Assembly (NCBI GenBank): GCA_031364845.1
Contig: JANLWX010000019.1
Location: forward strand, 3,508 to 67,507
Reading direction: 5' to 3'
Source of the DNA: Candidatus Eiseniibacteriota bacterium
GTDB lineage: Bacteria; Eisenbacteria; RBG-16-71-46
Length of the DNA: 64,000 nt
The translations under genes and the position numbers were made by a program. Of the stretch, positions 17,915-26,999 are shown piece by piece (the stretch's first letter is position 1; each line of letters opens with the position of its first letter). Below the pieces are notes generated by a model. The model worked only from the letters and a program-made list of their open reading frames with translations, was not told where the DNA came from and searched no databases.

Positions 17915-18211
17915 ATGACGTGGAAAGAGCAGAACGACACGGTGATCCTCACCCCGCACGGCAATCTGCACGAAGGTGAGGAGTGCGATGCCCTCGAACG
18001 CGGTCTCGAGAGTCTCCTCGAACGCGGAGCGCACGAAGTGGTCGTCGATCTGGCGGAAACCGGGCATCTGTCCGCGCACTCGATCGGAATCCTTGCGCGC
18101 GCACAGAGCCTGATGCGCTCGCGCGGTCATCATCTCGCGCTGCGGGGTGTTCATGACGACCAGCGGTGGGTGCTCCAGGTCACGCGGACCGGCGAAGTGC
18201 TCGGTATTTGA
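17915..18211 (+). CDS. STAS-domain anti-sigma-factor antagonist
   Basis: AAGGA RBS; VILTPHGNL...VVVDLAETGHLSAHSIGIL...VLQVT. Confidence 0.85.
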   Translation: MTWKEQNDTVILTPHGNLHEGEECDALERGLESLLERGAHEVVVDLAETGHLSAHSIGILARAQSLMRSRGHHLALRGVHDDQRWVLQVTRTGEVLGI

Positions 18212-18222
18212 CGTCCGCGAGT

Positions 18223-18405
18223 TCACCCCCCGCGAGCGCGGTATGCCAGATAGACGCACGCGACGATCAGAATCAAGAGAGCCAGCCGGGCCATGCCCAT
18301 CATGCGCGTGCGCGCGAGGTGCTGGGTACCTTTGGGTTTGATTCCCGTAACCGCTGCCAGCGCGGTGATCACCACCGCGATTCCGAGCCACATGAGCCAC
18401 GTCAT
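18223..18405 (-). CDS. Small two-TM membrane protein (60 aa)
   Basis: GGAGGG RBS; MTWLMWLGIAVVITALAAVTGIKPKGTQHLARTRMMGMARLALLILIVACVYLAY; start overlaps the upstream stop. Confidence 0.7.
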   Translation of the reverse strand: MTWLMWLGIAVVITALAAVTGIKPKGTQHLARTRMMGMARLALLILIVACVYLAYRARGG

Positions 18406-19739
18406 CTCGATCCCTCCGACCCTGCCGTGCGCAGGTCTTCTGGTAGCCGCGGCGAAGCGAGCAGTGTGCGGTACAACTCCCAGCGCCGCGCGGAATGTGC
18501 GGCGTCGCCACCATTCTTCTCCAGCCAGTCGAGCACCATCGATCGTCCGAGCCGGTAGTTGATCACGTAGCTCCCATAGCGTTCGGCGAAGCGGAGATCC
18601 TTGTCGGCGCGCTCGGGCGTTCGAACGGCGTACTCCATGAGCCACTGCTGCGCCTGGTCGCGAGTCATCGTCCCGTCGATCCAGCGGCGCGCGCCTTCGA
18701 CGCCGGTCATGGATAGTCTCTGCATGGCGTCGGAAATCTTCGCGAAGCGATCGTAGGCGCTGGTGTCGATTCCCGCCAGCGGGCACAGGACGTTCTTCGT
18801 GAAGCGATCGAGCTCGGCGCCCGGAAATGCGACATCAGTGCCTATCACAGCGGTGCCCTCGGCGATCAGCGACTGAGGCGCCATGAGCGGGTAGATCGTG
18901 AACTCCTTCCATCCGCGCTCGCGCACGAGCGCCTGTTCCAGCAGCACGCCGTAGACGTGATGACCTGGGTAGCCTTCGTGGCACGCGAGGTCCAGCGCCC
19001 GATCGATGTAGCTCGGGAAGTCGATGTTCACCTGAATCAGGCTGCGGTATCCGCCCTGATACCAGTTGTAGCCGCCCCACGGCTGGCCCTTCACGAACTC
19101 GACGACGAACGATTCGGAATCCGGCAGCGTGATGTGTTCGATCGTGCGGCGGCGCGCTTCCGCGATCGCGACCGCGAAGACCGTGTCGAGCTTCGCCGCG
19201 GGAATCTTGAACGCTTCACGATAGAGCTCCCAGCGCTCGACGAGCGGACCGCTGCCCGGCAGCAGTGAGTCGAGCGTGGCGAGCGCGGGCCGGAACACCG
19301 AGTCGACGAGCGACGGCGCGACCGCGTCGTAGAGCGCCTGCGACTCCTGATCGAACGAGAACTTCTCACCGTTCAGCATGCGCGCGCGGAACGCGAGCGC
19401 CTGGAGTTGCCGGCGCAGGAAACGTTGGCGCAGCACGGTGAGCTCGTCAGCGCCGCGCGCCGCCGGAGTCTCGAGGCGCGCGACGAGCGAATGGGTCGTG
19501 GAGATGATTCGCGGGAGCGGTATCGAGTCGCGATCCGCCGCGGCTTTCCATTCCGGCGGACCATAGAACGCGTCGACGTAATCAGGGTCGTGCTTCGCCA
19601 TGGCGAGCACCATGCGAGCGTAGCGTTCGCCCAAAGCATCCAGTTCCGCAGGCGTCAGCGCGGCCGGTCGTGAAGCACAGGAGGCAACGACAGCGGCAAC
19701 GAACATCAGGCTCAGCAATCGCAATACACGGTGAAACAC
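18402..19739 (-). CDS. Lipoprotein with DUF885-like metallopeptidase motif
   Basis: GGAGG before GTG 19739 (ATG 19754 is an alternative); lipobox VASC; ACHEGYPGHH and EG motifs. Confidence 0.75.
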   Translation of the reverse strand: MFHRVLRLLSLMFVAAVVASCASRPAALTPAELDALGERYARMVLAMAKHDPDYVDAFYGPPEWKAAADRDSIPLPRIISTTHSLVARLETPAARGADELTVLRQRFLRRQLQALAFRARMLNGEKFSFDQESQALYDAVAPSLVDSVFRPALATLDSLLPGSGPLVERWELYREAFKIPAAKLDTVFAVAIAEARRRTIEHITLPDSESFVVEFVKGQPWGGYNWYQGGYRSLIQVNIDFPSYIDRALDLACHEGYPGHHVYGVLLEQALVRERGWKEFTIYPLMAPQSLIAEGTAVIGTDVAFPGAELDRFTKNVLCPLAGIDTSAYDRFAKISDAMQRLSMTGVEGARRWIDGTMTRDQAQQWLMEYAVRTPERADKDLRFAERYGSYVINYRLGRSMVLDWLEKNGGDAAHSARRWELYRTLLASPRLPEDLRTAGSEGSR

Positions 19740-19750
19740 GAATCCTCCGG

Positions 19751-20199
19751 TCATGCTCCGCGCAAGGCCGCGATTCGCGGGTCGCGGCTTCCGGGACTGT
19801 CGAGGCTGAACGACCGTGCATCGCCGAGGTCGTCGCGAACGAGTCGTCGCCGAACACTTCGCGCTCGAGATCGCGCGCATCGAGCAGGCTGCGATGATCT
19901 TGGCGCAGCAGCACCATCGCATCGATCCCACTCACGAGCGCGATCTGATACCTCTACGTAGGTGCAACCGCGCGCCGCGGGCAGTTCATGGATCTGGAGC
20001 GACGCGGCCGCGGCATCCGCCTGGGCGCGGCCGATGCCCGCGCGGGCAAACAGCGTGAGATAGGGACCGACGCCGCCCACCGAGCGCGACCAGCCGCTGC
20101 GCTCGAGAACTTCCGCGGCGGACCGGCTCATGAGCGATCCGTCCAGTTCTGGCGATGCCACCACCAGGCCCGCAGCTTCTCCGCCAACGCCGGTTTCAT
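19751..20199 (-). pseudogene. Decayed AlkZ/YcaQ-like winged-helix DNA glycosylase gene (frameshift plus two apparent internal deletions)
   Basis: GGGAGA RBS + ATG 20199 gives MKPALAEKLRAWWWHRQ. After a frameshift near 20148: LDGSL...GWSRSVGGVGPYLTLFARAG...IHELPAARGCTYV. Another frame gives YQIALVSGIDAMVLLRQDHRSLLD. The end is LGDARSFSLDSPGSRDPRIAALRGA*. Family assignment is from memory of the motifs. Confidence 0.55.
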
Positions 20200-20373
20200 G
20201 GTTCGCGATCTCCCGTGATGGCGAAAAGTGCCTTGCAGTCGCAGACGCCGAGACTATAACTTGCTCGTACTTCGCTGGCATCCGGGCGTTTTCCACCGGG
20301 CCGGCAACGACTCCAGCGCGTTCGAATTGCATCTTGCCTCCGGTCATCCGGAGATCAGCCGAAAGGATCGAAC

Positions 20374-20832
20374 ATGCGTGGCCTGCCCCCGCTTGTTGCC
20401 CCACTGCTCGTCGCATTCTCACTGATCATCGGGTCCGGCGTCGCGTCGAATCCAAAGACGGCGGGCGATCCGTTTCGAGCCGGATCTCCGATCACCGTGC
20501 GAAAACCGGTTCGCATTCAGCGGCTCGCGAAGCATCCGGAGAAGTTCCAGGGCAAGGTGCTGAGGCTGGAAGGCACGGTCAAGGATGTCTGCCAGGGCCG
20601 CGGTTGCTGGGTCGACATCGAGGATGCGAACGGCGTGACCTTCATGGCGAAGAGCCTCGACGAATCTGTGTTGCTGCCCAAGGATTGCGCGGGGCGCAAG
20701 GTGATCGTCCAGGGTATCGTCACCGCACTTCCGCACGCGCACGACGAGGCGACCGAGGAAGGCCACTCCTGTCCCGCCCCGCGTTTCGTGCTGGCGACGC
20801 AGGGCGTGGAGTTGATCGCGGAACGGAGATAG
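20374..20832 (+). CDS. DUF4920-domain secreted protein (OB-fold-like)
   Basis: Signal peptide; GKVLRLEGTVKDVCQGRGCWV...LPKDCAGRKVIVQG. Confidence 0.8.
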   Translation: MRGLPPLVAPLLVAFSLIIGSGVASNPKTAGDPFRAGSPITVRKPVRIQRLAKHPEKFQGKVLRLEGTVKDVCQGRGCWVDIEDANGVTFMAKSLDESVLLPKDCAGRKVIVQGIVTALPHAHDEATEEGHSCPAPRFVLATQGVELIAERR

Positions 20833-21082
20833 CCGCGCGCGAAACCCGCGACTCGGCGGCGCGATCATCATCGAGACGGTGATCGCGCCGCGTTCGCGAA
20901 GGCCGTGTTTCGAACCCGGTTTCTATCTCTTCGAGAATCGATCCGTCGCCGCCAACAGCGCGCGTGAGTTGGGCGGCTCGAAGGCACTGTGGCCGCTGTC
21001 CGGCGTCATGATGAAGTCCGCCTCGGGCGACGCGCGGTGCAGATCCCATGCGCTGGTCGGCGGGCACAGGACATCGTAGCGG
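20755..21082 (+). repeat. Left copy of composite direct repeat (DUF4920 3' 78 nt + spacer + pip 3' 160 nt)
   Basis: 20755-20832 matches 25324-25401 (7 mismatches by manual count); 20923-21082 matches 25477-25636 (6 mismatches). Confidence 0.95.
20923..21082 (-). pseudogene. Orphan 3' fragment of proline iminopeptidase
   Basis: Encodes RYDVLCPPTSAWDLHRASPEADFIMTPDSGHSAFEPPNSRALLAATDRFSKR*, with no 5' part. Confidence 0.9.
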
Positions 21083-21342
21083 ATCGAAGAACCGCCGAGT
21101 GGAACATCCTCTTTGGTTCCGTCAGGACGAGACGGCGAGCCGTCGTGGGCGGGGCGAGTGGTTTCACGGTCGTTCCGTAGATCGGGTCCCGCCTTCCTCA
21201 GTAGCTGCGCGAGGTCGAACCCTAAGGAAAATGCTCCAACCGCCGGGATTCTTTCCGTAGACGCCTCTCAACTTTGTCGCCAGGGCGGAGCGGCTGTTCG
21301 GGCTATAATCGCGTGACAAAACCCGTCCGGAAGGAGTCCTTC

Positions 21343-23292
21343 ATGCTGAGATCCTCCACCCGCTGGTCCGTCCTGATGGCGGCAGTACTCCTCTTCGCCC
21401 CGGATCGAGCTGTTTTCGGCCAGACCCCTGCGCAGGATGGCCAATGGTCACCGCTCTTCAACCTGCCCCTCATCGCGATCCATTCGAGCCTCCTCCCGAC
21501 AGGCCACATCCTGCTGTTCTCGGCCGAACACGGGGTTCCGGGCATACACGCATGGGTCCTCGATCCCCAAACGTTGGCACTCACCAACGTGCCGCCTCCG
21601 GCTGGATGGAACCTCGATTGTGCAGGGCACAGTTTCCTTCCAGATGGACGTTTGCTCGTCGCGGGAGGCACGCTTCAGTTCAACCCGCTCCTGGGCTCGA
21701 AGCGCGCTGCCATTTTCGACCCGTATACATTGGCATGGATCCCGGTCGCGGACATGGCCGACGGCCGCTGGTATCCGACCAATGTCACGCTCCCCGACGG
21801 CCGCATCGTGACCATGTCCGGAGTCGACGGCACCTCGGGCGCGCTCAACACGGACATCGAGCGTTGGGATCCCAACGGTAGCTCGAACTGGGAGCTGATC
21901 GGGCAGAGACTGATGCCCGACTACCCGAACTTGCACGTGATGCCGAGCGGGGTGGTTTTCCGCTCGGGGCCTGACTCGCAAACGGAGACTTACAATCCCG
22001 CCACACTCGTGTGGACGCCGGTGGCCACGACCAACGCGCCAGCACGCTACGAAGCGCCCTCGGTTCTGCTTCCACCGACGTTGAATCGAGTGATGCTCAT
22101 GGGTGGCTATGTCGAGACCAGCGGTACGCCGACCAATTCGGTCGAAACGATCGATCTGTCCGCCCCGACGCCGACATGGGTCATCGGCCCGCACATGCTG
22201 ACTCGTCGCATCCAGCACAACGCGGTACTGCTTCCGGACACCAAAGTGCTGGTCGTAGGAGGCAGAAGGAACACCGCTGGCGGAGTCGGTGATTCGGTGA
22301 TGGCCCCGGAGATCTTCGATCCGGCCACGTCCGTGTGGGATGCCGTCGCGTCCCACCGCGTCGCGCGAATGTACCACTCCACGGCGCTCCTGCTTCCCGA
22401 CGGGCGTGTCTTGTCGGCCGGTGGCGATTACCACCCTTCAGGCGAGATCTACTCACCGCCTTACTTATTTGCCGGGCCGCGCCCGGTCATCAACTCCGCC
22501 CCGGCGGCCATCGCCTACGGCGACACGTTCCCAGTCACCTTCGCCAGCGGAACAGGACCGTTCACGATTTCGTTGATCGCGCCTTCGGCCGTGACGCATT
22601 CGAACAACATGAGCCAGAGATATGTACGCCTCATCCAAGTCGCGGAGGAGGGGACCGTCGATGTTCCGGCACCCGCCAACGCGAACCTGGCGCCGCCGGG
22701 TTTCTACATGCTCTTCGTCACTGACGCGACCGGCGTTCCCTCGGTGTCGCGCATGGTCAGGATTCTCATCCGCTTCGGCGACTTCAACCAGGACAACGAC
22801 GTCGATCCCGCGGACCTCGACTCCTTCGAGATCTGCTTCACCGGTCCGAACGCAGGACCTCCCGGCCGCAACTGCGAGTCCGGCGACTTCGATGCGGATG
22901 GCGACATCGACTGCGCCGATTGGAGTCTCTTTGTCGAGGCGTGGACCGCTCCGGGCGAACCTGCGCCGCCGGCAGAGTGCCGGTCGACCGGAGTTGGATC
23001 GCAGGGATTCAGTGGCCTGGTTCAACTTCGTGCACCTTGGCCGAATCCTTCTCGCGACTTCGTCGACATCGGGTGCTCGTTACCTTCGGAATCGACGATG
23101 CGGCTCACCGTGCACGACGTGACCGGCAGGTTGCTCGCTGTGCTGGTGAACGGACGCCGGGCAGCGGGTGAGGTCACGCAGCGCTGGAAGCCGACAGATC
23201 GAAGCGGCCGACCGTTGCCCGCCGGGGTGTACTTCGCGCGCTTGGCGGCATCAGGGAAAGCCGTGTCCCGGTTGTTCGTCGTAACCGAATAG
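21343..23292 (+). CDS. Galactose-oxidase-like (AA5-type) kelch copper radical oxidase with dockerin/EF-hand-like repeats and FlgD-Ig/CTD-like tail
   Basis: AAGGAG RBS; TATAAT at 21304; signal peptide; NLDCAGH, RWYPT, RMYHST, VTHS; DFNQDNDVD and DFDADGDID repeats; tail GVYFARL. Confidence 0.88.
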   Translation: MLRSSTRWSVLMAAVLLFAPDRAVFGQTPAQDGQWSPLFNLPLIAIHSSLLPTGHILLFSAEHGVPGIHAWVLDPQTLALTNVPPPAGWNLDCAGHSFLPDGRLLVAGGTLQFNPLLGSKRAAIFDPYTLAWIPVADMADGRWYPTNVTLPDGRIVTMSGVDGTSGALNTDIERWDPNGSSNWELIGQRLMPDYPNLHVMPSGVVFRSGPDSQTETYNPATLVWTPVATTNAPARYEAPSVLLPPTLNRVMLMGGYVETSGTPTNSVETIDLSAPTPTWVIGPHMLTRRIQHNAVLLPDTKVLVVGGRRNTAGGVGDSVMAPEIFDPATSVWDAVASHRVARMYHSTALLLPDGRVLSAGGDYHPSGEIYSPPYLFAGPRPVINSAPAAIAYGDTFPVTFASGTGPFTISLIAPSAVTHSNNMSQRYVRLIQVAEEGTVDVPAPANANLAPPGFYMLFVTDATGVPSVSRMVRILIRFGDFNQDNDVDPADLDSFEICFTGPNAGPPGRNCESGDFDADGDIDCADWSLFVEAWTAPGEPAPPAECRSTGVGSQGFSGLVQLRAPWPNPSRDFVDIGCSLPSESTMRLTVHDVTGRLLAVLVNGRRAAGEVTQRWKPTDRSGRPLPAGVYFARLAASGKAVSRLFVVTE

Positions 23293-23317
23293 GATGGGTC
23301 GCGTGAGGATATTGCCG

Positions 23318-25309
23318 ATGCTCAAGACCATCGCTGCCCATGGTCTCGTCTTCTTCCTGGCGGCTTCTGCCACGCAGGCGGCCACCGTCCGCGGCACGGT
23401 CGCGGGATGGGACAGCCCGATGCTCGCCGGCGCCAGGGTCACTCTCATCAACCCCGACACCTCGACCGTGCTCGAAAACCGCAGCACGATCGACGGCACC
23501 TACCGATTCGAAAACGTGTCCGCAGGCACGTGGCTCATTGGCGCCTCGCGGCTGGGCTATGCCTACCGAGAATCTCTGCGCGTCGTCGGTGTCGCCGAGG
23601 TCGTCACTGACTTCCTGCTCGGGCGGGACGACCATCCCGGTCGCTGGACCACGATCGGGAATACGGACCCCGAGAATCTCTATGCCACGAACTCCGCCAG
23701 CCTGCTCCCGGACGGCCGCATCTTCTTCTGTCACGACACGAGAGATCCCGTACTCTTCGACCCGGTCACGCGCGTGAAGTCCTTTCCGCCCGGCTCATCG
23801 TCGATTCAGGGCTGCCACATTCCTTCGCTCTTGCCGGACGGCCGGCTGATCTTCATCGGCGGTCAAGACACCGGCGATTTCCGCGACGCGACGCGCATGG
23901 TCAAGGCGTTCGATCCAGCGAACAGCACCTGGGAGGTGCTGCCGCTCCTCAACGAGCAGCGCTGGTACCCCGGCATGGCTCGCCTCGGCGATGGGCGCTT
24001 CTTGGTCATGGGCGGAGGACAGCGCCCCAACGCGCAACGCACCGAGACTTGCGAAATCTACGATCCTCGTAATCGGACGTGGACCGTCGCAGCCTCCATG
24101 TCCAATTCGGCGGAGTACACGCCAGCGGTGCTCTTACGCAATGGGAAGGTCCTGCGGACATGGTGGCCACCGCAGCTCTACGACTCCGCCCTCAACCGGT
24201 GGGACGATACCAGCCCCATGGTCCAGACGAATCGTTTCTGGCCCGGGCACTCCGACCACTCGCTCTTCCGGCTGGCCGATGGTCGAGCCTGTGCGGTGGG
24301 AATCTATCGAGGCACCCTCATGTCGCCGAGCATGATCGAGTTCTATGATCCGGCGGCGGGAACTTGGTCACTCGGTGCGAATGCCAGCGTGACTCGTTCT
24401 CAACCTGAGGCGGTGCTCCTGCCGACGGGTCAGATCCTCGTTGCCGGCGGAAAACTCGAGGACACAGCCCACGGCATTCCGACCAACTCCTATGGCCAAA
24501 CGAAACTGACCGATCTGTTCGACGCCGCAACCAATAGCTGGCGTCGCTGCGCCGACACGGCTTGGTTCCGAGAATATCACGCGACCACATTGCTCATTCC
24601 GGACGGTCGCGTAATTACCTCTGCTGGAACCGGCGGCCCGGCAAATCCAGGCGTGAGCAACGACATCGAGGCATTCGAGCCGCCTTATCTGTTTCGAGGA
24701 GTTCGTCCCCTGATCGGTGCGCTCTCCACCACCAGCCTCCCCCATGGCGGCAGCTTCAATCTGACCGTGAGCCGCACCGATGGCGTGACCGGCGTCGTTC
24801 TCGTGGGCATGGGAGCGGTGACCCATTATGTCGATGGGGGTCTGCCACTCATTGTGCCCCTCTCGTTCACGCAGCAGGGCAGTTCCGTCACTGCCGCGGT
24901 TCCTGCGGACTTGTATGCGGCTCCGACGGGGCATTACATGCTCTTCGCCCTGGTCGACGACATCCCTTCAAAGGGTCGGGTAGTGACGATCACCGATTCC
25001 ACCACGGTAGGCGTCTCACCTCAGGTGCCTGACGGGCAACTCACGGCCAGCGTCCAGCCGAACCCTTTCCGCACGTCGGTTCAGTTTCGCTGGTTTCAGC
25101 CCCAGCCGGGATATGCAACCGTGCAGATCCAGGATGTTGCTGGCCGGACGATTTTAGTGAGGACTGTAGATAGAAGCGCCGGTTGGCAAGCCCTCGACTG
25201 GGACGGCCGGAGCAAAGGCAACGCCCCGTCAACAGCCGGCGTCTACTTTGTGCGCGTCGATGCTGGAAGTCTCAGTTGGAGTAATCGTTTCGTCCGTATC
25301 GACTACTAG
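23318..25309 (+). CDS. Galactose-oxidase-like kelch protein with N-terminal carboxypeptidase-regulatory-like Ig domain and FlgD-Ig/CTD-like tail
   Basis: GAGGA RBS before ATG 23318 (23294 is an alternative); signal peptide; IQGCH, RWYPG, REYHAT, VTHY; tail WDGRSKG...GVYFVRV. Confidence 0.85.
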   Translation: MLKTIAAHGLVFFLAASATQAATVRGTVAGWDSPMLAGARVTLINPDTSTVLENRSTIDGTYRFENVSAGTWLIGASRLGYAYRESLRVVGVAEVVTDFLLGRDDHPGRWTTIGNTDPENLYATNSASLLPDGRIFFCHDTRDPVLFDPVTRVKSFPPGSSSIQGCHIPSLLPDGRLIFIGGQDTGDFRDATRMVKAFDPANSTWEVLPLLNEQRWYPGMARLGDGRFLVMGGGQRPNAQRTETCEIYDPRNRTWTVAASMSNSAEYTPAVLLRNGKVLRTWWPPQLYDSALNRWDDTSPMVQTNRFWPGHSDHSLFRLADGRACAVGIYRGTLMSPSMIEFYDPAAGTWSLGANASVTRSQPEAVLLPTGQILVAGGKLEDTAHGIPTNSYGQTKLTDLFDAATNSWRRCADTAWFREYHATTLLIPDGRVITSAGTGGPANPGVSNDIEAFEPPYLFRGVRPLIGALSTTSLPHGGSFNLTVSRTDGVTGVVLVGMGAVTHYVDGGLPLIVPLSFTQQGSSVTAAVPADLYAAPTGHYMLFALVDDIPSKGRVVTITDSTTVGVSPQVPDGQLTASVQPNPFRTSVQFRWFQPQPGYATVQIQDVAGRTILVRTVDRSAGWQALDWDGRSKGNAPSTAGVYFVRVDAGSLSWSNRFVRIDY

Positions 25310-25323
25310 CCGGGTCTATTCAT

Positions 25324-25636
25324 GAGGAAGGCCATTCCTGTCCCGCACCGCGTTTCGTGCTCGCGACGCAGGGCGTCGAGTTGATCGCGGAGCGGAAGTA
25401 GCCCCGCGCATCGCCGGCGGCTCGGGTCGCGTGGATTGCCACGCGTCGCATCCGCGATTGCGCAGAGCCCCGGCCCCTATCTTCCCGAGAATCGATCCGT
25501 CGCCGCCACCAGCGCGCGTGAGTTGGGCGGCTCGAAGGCACTGTGGCCGCTGTCCGGCGTCATGATGAAGTCCGCCTCGGGCCACGCGCGGTGCAGATCC
25601 CATGCGCTGGTCGGCGGGCACACGACATCGTAGCGG
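25324..25636 (+). repeat. Right copy of composite direct repeat (orphan DUF4920 3' tail + spacer + 3' end of intact pip)
   Basis: 25324-25401 encodes EEGHSCPAPRFVLATQGVELIAERK* with no upstream gene body. Confidence 0.95.
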
Positions 25637-26451
25637 CCCTGCACGATGACCGCGGGATTGTGACGGATGCGCTCCACATCGCGCAGCAGTTGGTCTTCGG
25701 TTTCGAGAAAGCCTTTGTTCACGAAGTAGTGCGCCTCGATGCGCGCCATGGCGAGCGCCGTCGAATCCTCCTCCATGTTCGCGACCAGCGATGAATCCGG
25801 GATCAGCTTGGACGTGGCACCCTCCCATGAACTCCACCGGCGCGCCGCCTCGATCTGGACGGCCCGATCCGGACTGATCAGACGCCGGTGATACGCCGTC
25901 ATGAGATCGCCGCGCTCTGCCGGCGGGATGTGCTCGACGAATCGTTCCCACAGATCGGGATAGATGAACGACGTGCCGCCGCGTTCGTAGAACCACTTCA
26001 GTTCGTGCGGACGCACGAGGAAGATCCCACGCAGCACGATCTCGGTGACGCGATCGGGATGGCGCTGCGAATAGGCGAGCGCCAGCGTCGAACCCCAACT
26101 CCCGCCGAACACCAACCAGCGGTCGATGCCGAGCGTTTCGCGCAGGCGCTCGATGTCCGCGACCAGATCCCAGGTCGTGTTCGCTTCGAGGCTCGCGTGC
26201 GGCGTGCTCTTGCCGCAACCACGCTGATCGAACAGCACGATGCGATAGGCCTCGGGATCGAAGAACCGCCGATGCATCGAGTTGGTCGCGCCACCCGGGC
26301 CGCCGTGCAGGAACACCGCCGGCTTTCCATCGGGATTGCCGCTTTCTTCGTAATAGAGATCGTGGCCGCCGGATACCGGCAGCCGTCCGGTTCGATTCGG
26401 CTCGATCGGCGGGTAGAGCCAGGTCAACGGATCTTTGATCGGACGCGGCAT
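25477..26451 (-). CDS. pip: Proline iminopeptidase
   Basis: GAGGAG RBS; HGGPG, DQRGCGKSTP, FGGSWGSTL, QGRYDVVCP, DSGHS. Confidence 0.95.
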   Translation of the reverse strand: MPRPIKDPLTWLYPPIEPNRTGRLPVSGGHDLYYEESGNPDGKPAVFLHGGPGGATNSMHRRFFDPEAYRIVLFDQRGCGKSTPHASLEANTTWDLVADIERLRETLGIDRWLVFGGSWGSTLALAYSQRHPDRVTEIVLRGIFLVRPHELKWFYERGGTSFIYPDLWERFVEHIPPAERGDLMTAYHRRLISPDRAVQIEAARRWSSWEGATSKLIPDSSLVANMEEDSTALAMARIEAHYFVNKGFLETEDQLLRDVERIRHNPAVIVQGRYDVVCPPTSAWDLHRAWPEADFIMTPDSGHSAFEPPNSRALVAATDRFSGR

Positions 26452-26480
26452 GCGGCGCTCCTCGTAAATGGGCGTGCGAA

Positions 26481-26999
26481 CTACGGGCCGATGGGACTTC
26501 GCGCGGCCGATTCCTCGAATTTCGCACGGTGTTCGTATGCGCCAGCATCCCACGTCAGCCCCCACGCGGCGAGCGCGGTGGCACGGTGACGCAGGACGAA
26601 CGCGCGATCGTTCGCCGTTGGCGCCAGAACTTCGGCGCGATCGAATCGCCCTGAGGCCTCGGTCACGAACGCCACGCGCTCCGGTGTCGAACGAACACTG
26701 GGAATCAGCATCCCGCGGCGAGGCATGGTCGCGACCGCGGCGTTCATCAGCGCGGCAGCATAGTCGGCGTGGATCTGCCACAGGTCGGGACGCTGCGCGA
26801 GTGCCGCGCGAAAGTAGGGCAGCGCGTCATGCGGGCGATCGCTCCTCACCAACTCGACACCCTCGAGATAGGACGCTTTCGCATCGATCGTCGCGACCGG
26901 ATCCGACGTGTGAATGCGATCGGGCGACGGCTGCGACCCGCACGACGTCACGATCACGGCCGACCCTGCCGCCAGCGCGAGCCGTGCAGCCCGGTTCAT
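26481..26999 (-). CDS. TPR-like lipoprotein
   Basis: Lipobox VTSC; helical repeat ALPYFRAALAQRPDLWQIHADYAAALMN; start overlaps the upstream stop. Confidence 0.7.
   Translation of the reverse strand: MNRAARLALAAGSAVIVTSCGSQPSPDRIHTSDPVATIDAKASYLEGVELVRSDRPHDALPYFRAALAQRPDLWQIHADYAAALMNAAVATMPRRGMLIPSVRSTPERVAFVTEASGRFDRAEVLAPTANDRAFVLRHRATALAAWGLTWDAGAYEHRAKFEESAARSPIGP

Noticed and set aside
19582-19935. Hemerythrin-like start (IDAMVLLRQDHR)
   Set aside because: No further hemerythrin His/Glu motifs; better explained as the middle fragment of the decayed AlkZ-like gene.
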